37,147 nt of DNA from an uncultured bacterium (GTDB taxonomy: Bacteria; Hinthialibacterota; Hinthialibacteria; Hinthialibacterales; Hinthialibacteraceae). Below, piece after piece: positions 9,104 through 17,588 of this stretch (positions are counted from its first letter, which is position 1; every line of letters starts with the position of its first letter). Under the pieces are notes generated by a model. It was not told the origin of the DNA and ran no database searches. It saw only the letters and a list, made by a program, of their open reading frames with translations. The stretch is from positions 1 to 37,147 of the forward strand of contig CAYVAZ010000009.1 in assembly GCA_964449065.1 (NCBI GenBank), in the 5' to 3' direction. The position numbers were made by a program, and so were the translations under genes.

Positions 9104-11043
9104 TGTAAGTAACTCATTGTTGGGCTTTTATAATAATTGATTTCGGTCATGTCGTTTTGAACTGCAATGATTTTTTCTTCTGTAATTCCAGGGATGCGGC
9201 TTTTCAAATCATCCACCCCCAAGAACTTTTCAATTTGCATGATGTCTACAATTTTTTTTTTAAATTCATCATTGTTTGGTATTTCAGGGGATTCATTTTG
9301 CTCCTGTTCTAGGAGTTTCGACCAAAGAGGTTTGAATTGTTCGCGCAAAAACATCTTGACTTGGTCAGGGGAATATTCGATGTTTTGCCCCGTCGCGTCC
9401 AAGAACATATCGTGACCGGCATATAACAGTACGAGTTCATCCTTTGTCAATGAATAAACCGTTAAAATGTGGTTTTGTTTTGCTTTATTGATAAAATCAG
9501 CAACTTTCCAAGTTTGTTTCGGGATCGGTGGTTGATTGAAAATCCGAAAGAATATGCCTCTCTTAATTTGACCGGGGACCAATTGATAAGAGCGTTTTGT
9601 AATGGCATTCCAGCTGCTCCAATTGGTGTTATCTTGAAACCCAAAATAGTAGATTTCATTTTCGTTTAGAATTTGAAAATGAAAATATTTCTCACGATTG
9701 ACGGCCCTGCATTCATAGCCCTCCGGCATTAATGTTTTCACCAGCCAAATGAACGTATCCCGGTCATATACCATTCTCTTGCGGTTTGATTGTACGATCC
9801 GTTGATACTCTTTAAAGAATTGTTCTAACGGCTTGGAGGGGGGAATGGTATGGGATTCATGATCCCATTGGTCTCTGCATTTGTGTATGAAATGACGAAT
9901 CCCTATCGTGGTATTGGAAAATAAGGAATCCAACCAATCGTCTTCCAGCATTTGATGCACTTTTTGAGGCTCAATTTGAATGCCATCCAACCGGCCGCGG
10001 ATGAATTCTTTCGCTTGTTGTTTGTTGATTCCTTCTAATTCTATCGGGTTGCTTAAACGGTGGGTATAAGCGTCTTCCCAAAAAGGAACAATGGTATTTT
10101 TCCAGGGTTCTTGATTGGAAGTTAATATGGTCATGTGATTATGAAACTCATCATTTAATGTTGTAAGAATGCCGCCTAAAGTTTTGGCTAAGTTTTCATC
10201 CAACCCGTAATTTTCTGTTTGGTCAAAGCAAAAAACAAAAGGCCGGTACAATCCTGCCAGCTGGCACAAATCAAACAGAATCGTTTTGCAACTCTCATTG
10301 AGCTGAGCGATGGACATTTCATAAGGCAAAACATCGCCGGGACGAATGCCAATATCATTTGCCTCATTGGGGTCAATGCAATTGCTTTTCATCCACTCTT
10401 GGCAAATCTCTTTTTTCATGAAATCATCATCGTATGCAAACGTGAGTAATACATGAATCCATGTCATTACGGTGTAATTCAATTGTAGATTGCATGAACT
10501 CAATTCGTCTGCGATTTGGTTTTTTTTCTCTCGAATGGTTTTTATAATGATATCAGAAACGTGTTCCAAGGGTGTGTTCTGAATATACTTTTCTAAATGA
10601 GGGACATTCTTTACTTGGATCGTACCTTTTTGCGCGCATTGGATCAACAACCGGCTCAAAACACCATGGGCAAAATAGGATATTTGCGGACTGGCTGTTT
10701 GATTTCCAACATGATCGTCCGGAAAATTCAACTCATTTGTTACTTGATTTAAAATGGATTTCCATGCCGTGCTATGATCGGAAAACGGCGTAATGTATAT
10801 TAAATTCGCCTTGCGGTTCAAGTGATGAAACACTCGACCTAATAAATGGGATTTTCCGTAGCCGGGATCTCTCGATGTAATAAACTGAATGTGATCCAAT
10901 TTTACATCTTTTCGGGGAAGAGGCGGTTCAATGAGAGTATTGAATTCATTCAAAACATGTTCTAATACCCGATTATTCAAACCGGAAATGCTGTTTTCTA
11001 TCGATCTCGGTTTCGTGACAATATCTTGACTGAATGGGTTCAT
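9091..11043 (-). CDS. P-loop ATPase (AAA-like) with uncharacterised C-terminal domains
   Basis: Walker A DPGYGKSHLL and Walker B FVFCFDQTE separated by a ~200 aa helical insert. RL...IELEGI..QQAKEFIRGRL resembles an AAA+ lid region. AGGA RBS. Confidence 0.8.
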   Translation of the reverse strand: MNPFSQDIVTKPRSIENSISGLNNRVLEHVLNEFNTLIEPPLPRKDVKLDHIQFITSRDPGYGKSHLLGRVFHHLNRKANLIYITPFSDHSTAWKSILNQVTNELNFPDDHVGNQTASPQISYFAHGVLSRLLIQCAQKGTIQVKNVPHLEKYIQNTPLEHVSDIIIKTIREKKNQIADELSSCNLQLNYTVMTWIHVLLTFAYDDDFMKKEICQEWMKSNCIDPNEANDIGIRPGDVLPYEMSIAQLNESCKTILFDLCQLAGLYRPFVFCFDQTENYGLDENLAKTLGGILTTLNDEFHNHMTILTSNQEPWKNTIVPFWEDAYTHRLSNPIELEGINKQQAKEFIRGRLDGIQIEPQKVHQMLEDDWLDSLFSNTTIGIRHFIHKCRDQWDHESHTIPPSKPLEQFFKEYQRIVQSNRKRMVYDRDTFIWLVKTLMPEGYECRAVNREKYFHFQILNENEIYYFGFQDNTNWSSWNAITKRSYQLVPGQIKRGIFFRIFNQPPIPKQTWKVADFINKAKQNHILTVYSLTKDELVLLYAGHDMFLDATGQNIEYSPDQVKMFLREQFKPLWSKLLEQEQNESPEIPNNDEFKKKIVDIMQIEKFLGVDDLKSRIPGITEEKIIAVQNDMTEINYYKSPTMSYLQWLS

Positions 11044-11055
11044 ATGAGTGTCCTA

Positions 11056-11808
11056 TTATGAGAGAAGCCGTACCAACAAAAATCGGTCTCCATCAAACTC
11101 CACCGCTCCTAAACGTGTTTCTTTTGATGACAAAGACCAATCCCCAAAATTGAATTCTGCCTTTCCCTCTTTGCGTAAGGTTAAGATATATTCCTTAATC
11201 CAATCCAGAGGGATGCCGGTTTCTTTATGCAGGTTATAAATTTCCACCGCAGAAAAGCCTGATTGTTGCGATAACTTTCGATAAGCCTCATTGATTTGCT
11301 GTTTATATTCATTTGTGTCAATAGGAGGCTCTTGAGTTGTTGTTTGTCCAGAAAGATCAAGTGAATCCACTATTGGTTTTACACCGATATAAGAAAAATA
11401 ATTGGCGGTCTTTAATTTTAAAACTTTTTGTTCTTGTATCAGGATATCTAATGCTTCATTTACATGTTTATTTACCGAAGAATACTTCTTGATTTCTTTT
11501 ATCTTTTCAATTTTTCCTTTCGAGATCAACTTCAAGCCATTTGAATTGAATATCTTTTCTAACTCTTCGTAAGCCCTTTCGAGTGGACGGTAATGTTCAG
11601 GAAGTACAAAGCATGCTCTTGCTTTTGATCCTAAATTAAAGATTTTTCTCTCCTGTAGCAACGCTTTTAGCGCCTCGGTTTTGATTTTTGAACTTCCGCA
11701 AAGATTGCTCTTTGTTATTCCTTCAGCGCCAACCTCTTTCAACCGCTGTAAAAGATTTTTTTTTTCGACTTCTACTTTAATTTGATTCATTCTAAAGGAA
11801 ACATCCAA
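11056..11808 (-). CDS. Basic multi-winged-helix-like DNA-binding protein
   Basis: Lys-rich 250 aa with three wHTH-like units (ITKSNL..ALKALLQERKI; ISKGKI..ALDILIQEQKV; VEIYNLHKE..ILTLRKEGKA). Start is TTG 11808 or ATG 11790. Confidence 0.6.
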   Translation of the reverse strand: MDVSFRMNQIKVEVEKKNLLQRLKEVGAEGITKSNLCGSSKIKTEALKALLQERKIFNLGSKARACFVLPEHYRPLERAYEELEKIFNSNGLKLISKGKIEKIKEIKKYSSVNKHVNEALDILIQEQKVLKLKTANYFSYIGVKPIVDSLDLSGQTTTQEPPIDTNEYKQQINEAYRKLSQQSGFSAVEIYNLHKETGIPLDWIKEYILTLRKEGKAEFNFGDWSLSSKETRLGAVEFDGDRFLLVRLLS

Positions 11809-11845
11809 TCTATCCTATTTTTTGCTGCCGGTATGTTCTAAATAC

Positions 11846-11875
11846 AGAATAGCACGTACAAAAAGACGAAATCAA
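11846..11875 (-). promoter_or_regulatory. Candidate sigma70 promoter of the three-gene operon
   Basis: Minus strand reads TTGATT, 18-nt spacer ending in TGc, then TATTCT (extended -10). Confidence 0.4.
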
Positions 11876-12035
11876 CAGGCGTATAGAGTATTATAAAATT
11901 TTAATGCAAACTTAAAAACTATGAGAAAAGAAAGATGAATTTTCTGGATAATTACGGATATATTGTTATAGATTCAGATCGGAAAGAAGGTTTCTTAAAC
12001 AGTCGGTTTGGTAAACAGACTCAAGCCATCCTTTG

Positions 12036-12578
12036 TCACCCAAACCGCGATACATCTCCATCGCTAATTGTTCCGTTGCTGATGTCGTAAAAGAAGATCA
12101 GGTTGCCGGTGGCGGCTTCGTAGTCGGTGTCGGGGCCTGCCCCGTGGAGGAGGAAACTGGCTCCAGAGGCTTGGCTCTCCACCAACCGAAAATTGCCGTT
12201 TGCCCGGTTGGTTTTTACCACTTCCGTGTCCCATAATGGATACGCGCTGTCTTCTGCCTGAAACATACCGTCTCCGTTTGGATCAATTCCTTGGCGGAAC
12301 GGGTCGAGCGGAACGGTGCTCATGTATGCCACGGGTGTGGTGAGTTTCGCCAAACGGTGAAAACGCAGGTTGCCGGCCGTGTTTGGAGTGGGTGGGTACA
12401 TGTTGTTGTCGATTTGATAGGTTTCCAACGCGGTCGCCAGGGCGCGCTGATCGGCTTGGGTGTTCGCGACTTTCGCGCGGATTTGCGCGTTGATAAAATT
12501 CGGGACAGCAATCGCTGCTAAAATTCCTATGATTGCCACTACAATCAGTAACTCAATAAGTGTAAAAGCCTTCTTCAT
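12036..12578 (-). CDS. Prepilin-type N-terminal cleavage/methylation protein (GspG/pilin-like)
   Basis: MKKA|FTLIELLIVVAIIGILAAIAVP; ALETYQIDNNMYP; DPF; GPD. GGGAGA RBS. Confidence 0.9.
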   Translation of the reverse strand: MKKAFTLIELLIVVAIIGILAAIAVPNFINAQIRAKVANTQADQRALATALETYQIDNNMYPPTPNTAGNLRFHRLAKLTTPVAYMSTVPLDPFRQGIDPNGDGMFQAEDSAYPLWDTEVVKTNRANGNFRLVESQASGASFLLHGAGPDTDYEAATGNLIFFYDISNGTISDGDVSRFG

Positions 12579-12664
12579 CTTGTTCTCCCTAAATAAACAT
12601 TTAACAATAAATGAATCATAATCAAAAAATAATTAAAATGCTATGGTATTATGCGTAATTTGAT

Positions 12665-12779
12665 CTAGTAGCCTGTCAATCAAAAAATGGCGGCTGGCTA
12701 TCCGTTGTTCCCCCCCCCCTTGTTAAGGGGGGCTAGGGGGGGATCGATACCCGTCAATAAATCGTTGACACTGTACTAG
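12665..12779. mobile_element. Element A: CTAG-bounded MITE-like cassette with a C/G-run REP hairpin
   Basis: ctag-tagcctgtcaa ... cccccttgttaaggggggctagggggggat ... ttgacactgta-ctag. Inverted second copy at 32690-32799. Confidence 0.8.
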
Positions 12780-12884
12780 TAGCCTGGCAAGCGAAAAGTG
12801 TCGAGTACGGTGAAACCCCTGTGGCTCGGCGGGAGCCTCGCCCTCCCAATTCAACCCGACATAAGGACTCGGTCAGGCTACTGG
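12776..12884 (-). mobile_element. Element B, complete copy: MITE-like cassette with the GGGAGGGCGAGGCTCCCGCCGAGCC REP
   Basis: ctag-tagcctggc ... gtcaggcta-ctgg terminal inverted repeats. Shares the CTAG at 12776-12779 with element A. Two more partial copies in the window. Confidence 0.75.
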
Positions 12885-12889
12885 ATGCA

Positions 12890-13921
12890 TTACGTGAAAA
12901 TCCAAACACGGCCGTGAATTTTGTTGTCTTCGCTAAGGATGGGTACGGTTTTGCATTGGAAGGAATTGGCATAACTCTCGTCGTACAGGGGAAACGTATA
13001 TATATCTTTCTCATTTCTCTTTATGGCGTCAAAGGTTTCTTTCCATTCGTCTACCGGAACGGTTTTAAAACTGCCCAAAATTTCCGACCATTTGGCATAA
13101 TCACTGCCGATGAGTTCATTTTCTTTCTTGCCGGTCAGTTCCAAAAACGGTTGGTTGACGATTTTCACTTCGCCGCTGCGGTCGGTGATGGCGATCCCCT
13201 CATCAATGTGATGCAATGTGATGGCAAATCGCCGGTTTTGCTCTTCGATTTCGACATTGTGGTCGCCGATAGAAAGGAGTGCATCCTGCAATTCCGCCGA
13301 TTGTTCTTCCAGTTCGTTGTTGGCGGCTTCTAACTCTTTTTTGAGTTCGGTAAGTTCTTGGTTGGTGCGTTCCAACTCCTGGTTTTTTTCTTCGTAAAGA
13401 GAAAGGGTTTGCATCAGGCTGGAGTTTTGCAGTTCAAATTCATCGCTGATGGTCGGGTTTTTTCGGGATGAAAATTTTTCTTGGAAAAAGTGGACAATAT
13501 TTTGAGTAAGTGATTTCCCGGGGGCTGCTTTTTTTTTGGTTAACCGGACGGCGGTACCGTTTTTGCGGTCGGATTGAATGTCGATCGAATCCATCATGCG
13601 CTTCATGGCGGGGATGCCGCGCATGGTTTTTCCAGAGGTTTTGGTGTTGAGAACCTCTTGCAGTTGCTCGGGAGGAATGCCCTTGCCTTTGTCTTTACCG
13701 ATGACTTCAAGGGTTAAGGTGTCATCTTCCGTGAACAATGAGATCGAGATTTTCCCTGAGCCTGCATAGAGCAGGATATTTTTTCCGAGTTCGAATATAG
13801 AGGTAGTGATCTGCATTTGCTGCGGGACAGTAAAGCCGAGCTCGCTGCTGATAACACGGGCACGGTCGCGAACCGCGAGAATGTCGCTTTCGCATTCAAT
13901 GCCGTGAGAAAATATCTCCAT
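12890..13921 (-). CDS. RsbT-like anti-sigma/HATPase domain + coiled coil + PAS domain protein
   Basis: ITTSIFELGKNILLYAG, DKGKGIP and GIPAMKRMMDSIDIQS..GT (RsbT-type GHKL); heptad ELERTNQELTEL; PAS segment IDEGIAITDRSG...VNQPFLELTG...GRVWIF. Confidence 0.8.
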   Translation of the reverse strand: MEIFSHGIECESDILAVRDRARVISSELGFTVPQQMQITTSIFELGKNILLYAGSGKISISLFTEDDTLTLEVIGKDKGKGIPPEQLQEVLNTKTSGKTMRGIPAMKRMMDSIDIQSDRKNGTAVRLTKKKAAPGKSLTQNIVHFFQEKFSSRKNPTISDEFELQNSSLMQTLSLYEEKNQELERTNQELTELKKELEAANNELEEQSAELQDALLSIGDHNVEIEEQNRRFAITLHHIDEGIAITDRSGEVKIVNQPFLELTGKKENELIGSDYAKWSEILGSFKTVPVDEWKETFDAIKRNEKDIYTFPLYDESYANSFQCKTVPILSEDNKIHGRVWIFT

Positions 13922-13969
13922 AATATCAAATCAACTTGTAAAGCATATTTTCTTCATCATACGTTTTGT

Positions 13970-14599
13970 CTATTCTACGACTTCATACGGGCCGGTTTCA
14001 ATGTCGAGATCACCGGTTTGAGGAACGTCCAATTCCGGCGTGGCTTCTTGAATATAACTGGAAAACCGCTCTTCCTCACTAATGGGTGGTGGAGCGGTGT
14101 CCTCTTCCAGTGTTTCTTCACCCACGATGAAGTATTCTTCTGTTGTTTCTTCTTCTTCTTCCGGTTTTTCCCCTATATAAAATTCCGCGTCTCCAATTGG
14201 AAACTCATCGACATATACAGTAGCCAGCCATTCTCCTTCTTCGCCCACTTCCAATAAACGGTCCATAGGGAAGAGAACACCCAAGGGATTGTAGGGAGGA
14301 TTTTTGATCTCTTCGTTCAGGACTACCATATCATCGGGATTGGTCAATTCAAAGAAAATTCGTTTATTAATATCAGTGGGATTGAATTTCGCCACGACCA
14401 CCACTTGCGGATCATCCTCCGGTAAAAATTGATCGGTAACGCCCACCCAACGGTTGTCGCCGGTCAATCCTTTACACAGAAAAACATCCCGGGTTTGCAC
14501 GGAAGCCGGTTGAATGCCGGCTTGCTGTGAAGTGGTGCACCCCAAGCCAAAAAATATCATCAATGCAATAAGCCAAAACGGAAGACTGGATTTTGCCAT
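13970..14599 (-). CDS. Putative lipoprotein with acidic C-terminal tail
   Basis: Hydrophobic leader ending FGLG|C (lipobox-like), beta-rich middle, Glu-rich tail. AGAGGA RBS. Confidence 0.65.
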   Translation of the reverse strand: MAKSSLPFWLIALMIFFGLGCTTSQQAGIQPASVQTRDVFLCKGLTGDNRWVGVTDQFLPEDDPQVVVVAKFNPTDINKRIFFELTNPDDMVVLNEEIKNPPYNPLGVLFPMDRLLEVGEEGEWLATVYVDEFPIGDAEFYIGEKPEEEEETTEEYFIVGEETLEEDTAPPPISEEERFSSYIQEATPELDVPQTGDLDIETGPYEVVE

Positions 14600-14942
14600 A
14601 AATGATCCTCTCTTTCTAATTCACGAAATAGTATCTACTGAGATTGATAAAGGTCAAGCAAGATAGACAGTTCTTTCCGGTACGGTATTTGCTTTAAATT
14701 AACCGTGATTCTATGAAAGTCTACTCATTTAACGATTGAAGGAACAAGGATGTTATACAGGATTGTTGTTCTAATTTTCAGGAAGGAAAAATAAGGAGGG
14801 GGCAAAAAAGTCCATCTTGGGTTTTGACTGAAACCATTTTTTCCCCTCTTGGAAGTGAATCACAAATTTCTTGACTGCAAATTCTTTTCTTGAATAATGG
14901 TAAGTAGTACGTTAAGGATGATCTACATAAGAGGTGAATATC

Positions 14943-15473
14943 ATGGGAGATGCAGCCGAACAACAAGCAGCCGAAGAACAGTTGCAGGAAGAGGGAGGGG
15001 GCAAGAGCAAACTTCCCTTTATTTTAGCCGGACTGGCAGTTTTTTTAATTATTGTCATCGCGATTGGATTTATGTTACTAAGCGGCGGCAAAACCGAAAG
15101 TTTGATTTCCGAGCCCACGAAAGAACCGCCTGGGTATATGTTGGAGTTTGACCAGCCGTTTACGACAAATTTAGCGCCGCCGGATGACCAGTATTTGTAT
15201 TCAACGGACATTGTGTTGGAGTTAAAACCGGATCCGGAATATTCCGAATCAGCCATGCTGCAAGAAATAGGGGTGGATTCGGATTCAAAAAACATTCGTA
15301 TGCCTGCGATATTGCATGCGATCAATGGAGTGTTGGCAACCAAGACAAGACAGGAAGTATTAAGCGTGGGCAGTAAGGAAAACATTCGCGTCGAAATTAT
15401 GAAAAAGGTCAACGATATTCTTCAAAAAGGCGAAGTGAAAGAAGTGTTTATGTTCAGTTCCAGTGTGAATTAA
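14943..15473 (+). CDS. fliL: Flagellar basal body-associated protein FliL
   Basis: Single TM, FTTNLA motif, KENIRVEI..KVN..L..GEVKEVF. First gene before fliM. GAGGTG RBS before ATG 14943. Confidence 0.85.
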   Translation: MGDAAEQQAAEEQLQEEGGGKSKLPFILAGLAVFLIIVIAIGFMLLSGGKTESLISEPTKEPPGYMLEFDQPFTTNLAPPDDQYLYSTDIVLELKPDPEYSESAMLQEIGVDSDSKNIRMPAILHAINGVLATKTRQEVLSVGSKENIRVEIMKKVNDILQKGEVKEVFMFSSSVN

Positions 15474-15502
15474 ACCTCAGTATTTAGGAGTGGCCAAACA
15501 GC

Positions 15503-16510
15503 ATGGCTGATATTTTATCTCAGGGTGAAATAGACGCGCTATTATCCGCGTTCGCTACCGGTGAGGGACCGGGAGGCGGCTTTGGCGGCGGAGGAGGCGA
15601 CGACGACGAAGAAGTGCGCGAGGTAAAAGTCTATGACTTTAACCATCCCGACCGGTTCTCCAAAGACCAAATCCGCACTATGCACAACTTGCATGATCAT
15701 TTTGCGCGGGTGTTTTCGATTTCGTTGTCCGCGTTTTTGCGCACGATTGTGGAAGTGAAATTAGTGTCCGTTGATCAAATTTCGTATGAAGAGTTTATCC
15801 GCTCGATCCCGAATCCGACGTACCTCAGTATCATCAATATGGACCCATTAGAAGGAAAAGCCCTTATGGAACTCTCTCCGACGCTGTCTTTTCCGGTGGT
15901 GGACCGGTTGATGGGCGGTCGGGGAAATGTCTTTAAGAAAAACCGGGAATTGACGGAAATTGAGCAAACCATAATTGAAAAGGTCTTGTACCGCGCGTTC
16001 GATTGTCTTCATGAAGCATGGGCAAACGTGTTGCCATTGAACTTATCCTTGGAACAACCGGAAACCAATCCTCAACTTTTAATGCAATTGTATTTGCCTT
16101 CGGAGATGGTGATTTTAATGACCTTTGAAGTCACGATGCAGGATATTTCCGGCACGCTTTCATTTTGCATCCCTTATCCAACATTGGAACCGATTGCGAG
16201 CGAACTGTCAAGCACATCTTGGTTTGCGGCGGATAAGAAAGAATTGTCTGAAGAACACGCGGAAATATTGTATGACCGTCTGAGGCGGGTAGATATCCCG
16301 GTGATTGCCTTCGCGGGGAACGCCCATATTTCTGTAAAAGAATTGTTGGAATTGGCAGAAGGAGATGTGCTGCAACTCAACAAACGGGTCGATGACGAAG
16401 TCGTGGTACAGGTCGGAGATGAATACCGTTACTATGCAAAACCGGGAGAAAGCCGGGGGAAAGCGGCGGTGCAAATTTCCAAGATTCTGAAAGGTCCGGA
16501 TGACGCGTAA
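15503..16510 (+). CDS. fliM: Flagellar motor switch protein FliM
   Basis: LSQGEIDALL, YDF..PDRFSKDQIR, DRLMGG.G, RELTEIE, C-terminal SPOA domain. Confidence 0.97.
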   Translation: MADILSQGEIDALLSAFATGEGPGGGFGGGGGDDDEEVREVKVYDFNHPDRFSKDQIRTMHNLHDHFARVFSISLSAFLRTIVEVKLVSVDQISYEEFIRSIPNPTYLSIINMDPLEGKALMELSPTLSFPVVDRLMGGRGNVFKKNRELTEIEQTIIEKVLYRAFDCLHEAWANVLPLNLSLEQPETNPQLLMQLYLPSEMVILMTFEVTMQDISGTLSFCIPYPTLEPIASELSSTSWFAADKKELSEEHAEILYDRLRRVDIPVIAFAGNAHISVKELLELAEGDVLQLNKRVDDEVVVQVGDEYRYYAKPGESRGKAAVQISKILKGPDDA

Positions 16511-16522
16511 AGGAGAACCATT

Positions 16523-17572
16523 ATGGCGGAAGCGCTGACACAAGCGGAAATAGACGCGTTATTAAGCGGACAAGCGATGCCGGAGCCGGCACCGGAAACG
16601 TCGATGATAACGCCCGAAGAGGACGACACCTCGAAGCGGTATACCAATATGGTATCGCAAGCGGGGAAAGATGTATTCAGCACGTTGCTGGGACAAAGTT
16701 CTTCTTTGGAAATTGTGGATATTACTGAAGTCGCGAAAGAGAAAGTGTCGTCCGTTGTCGGCCAAAATATTGTGGTAAGCGATCTGGTTTATAAAGGTAT
16801 GGTGCAAGGGAAAAGTGTACTGATTTCCCCTGTTGATGCTGCCCTTTCTATGGCCAGTCAAATGACAGGAGGCGGTGCGGAAGGAGACTTTGGCGATTTA
16901 GAAGAAAGCGCGTTCAGCGAAGCCATGCAAAATATATTCAGCAACGTGAACACCCAAATCGCCAATCAAACCGAGACGGAGGTTTCGCTGGAGCCTGTAG
17001 ATGTCAACACCAATCCCCCTAAGATAGATGACTTCTTGCCAGAAACGTCTGAAAAATACATCATGGTGGAATATAAACTTTCCGCGGGGGAAATTTCCGC
17101 CCCGTTTTATCAATTGCTGCCGCGGAATTTGGTGCATTCCTTAGCCGGTGTGTTTTCCGGTACAGCCTCCCCTCAAGAAGAACAACAGCAGGACTTCGGT
17201 TCGTCCGCTAAAACGCCGGAAGTGATGGATGCCCCGCCGCAGTTCGGTGGGCCGATGGGAGGAGTGGGCGGCGGCATGCAGCAGGCGTTTCAATCCGGTC
17301 CCTCCGTGGATTTAGGGAATCTGGAATTGATCCTAGATATTTCGGTGGAAGTAAAAGTGGAATTAGGAAGAACACAGCGGAAGATCAAAGATGTATTGGA
17401 ATTGGGCCCTGGTTCCGTTGTGGAATTAGAGCGGCTCGCGGGTGAGCCGGTGGATATTTTGGTCAACGACAAATTGTTTGCCAAAGGAGAAGTGGTTGTT
17501 ATCGATGAAAACTTTGGGGTACGCATTACCGATATATTGAGTATTCAAGAACGTATCGAAGCATTAAAATAA
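16523..17572 (+). CDS. fliY: FliY-type switch protein (CheC-like domain + FliN domain)
   Basis: LTQAEIDALL, CheC-like middle, ILDISVEVKVELGRT...GEVVVIDENFGVRIT. Confidence 0.85.
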   Translation: MAEALTQAEIDALLSGQAMPEPAPETSMITPEEDDTSKRYTNMVSQAGKDVFSTLLGQSSSLEIVDITEVAKEKVSSVVGQNIVVSDLVYKGMVQGKSVLISPVDAALSMASQMTGGGAEGDFGDLEESAFSEAMQNIFSNVNTQIANQTETEVSLEPVDVNTNPPKIDDFLPETSEKYIMVEYKLSAGEISAPFYQLLPRNLVHSLAGVFSGTASPQEEQQQDFGSSAKTPEVMDAPPQFGGPMGGVGGGMQQAFQSGPSVDLGNLELILDISVEVKVELGRTQRKIKDVLELGPGSVVELERLAGEPVDILVNDKLFAKGEVVVIDENFGVRITDILSIQERIEALK

Positions 17573-17588
17573 TCAAAGAGAAATTGGT

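Noticed and set aside
12754..13333. ORFs 12754-13014 and 12821-13333
   Set aside because: They read through the REP cassette and overlap the RsbT-PAS gene out of frame or antisense.
14600..14942. Sigma28 or sigma54 flagellar promoter
   Set aside because: No convincing TAAA-N15-GCCGATAA or TGGCAC-N5-TTGC match; only a weak sigma70-like TTGACT-16-AATAAT.
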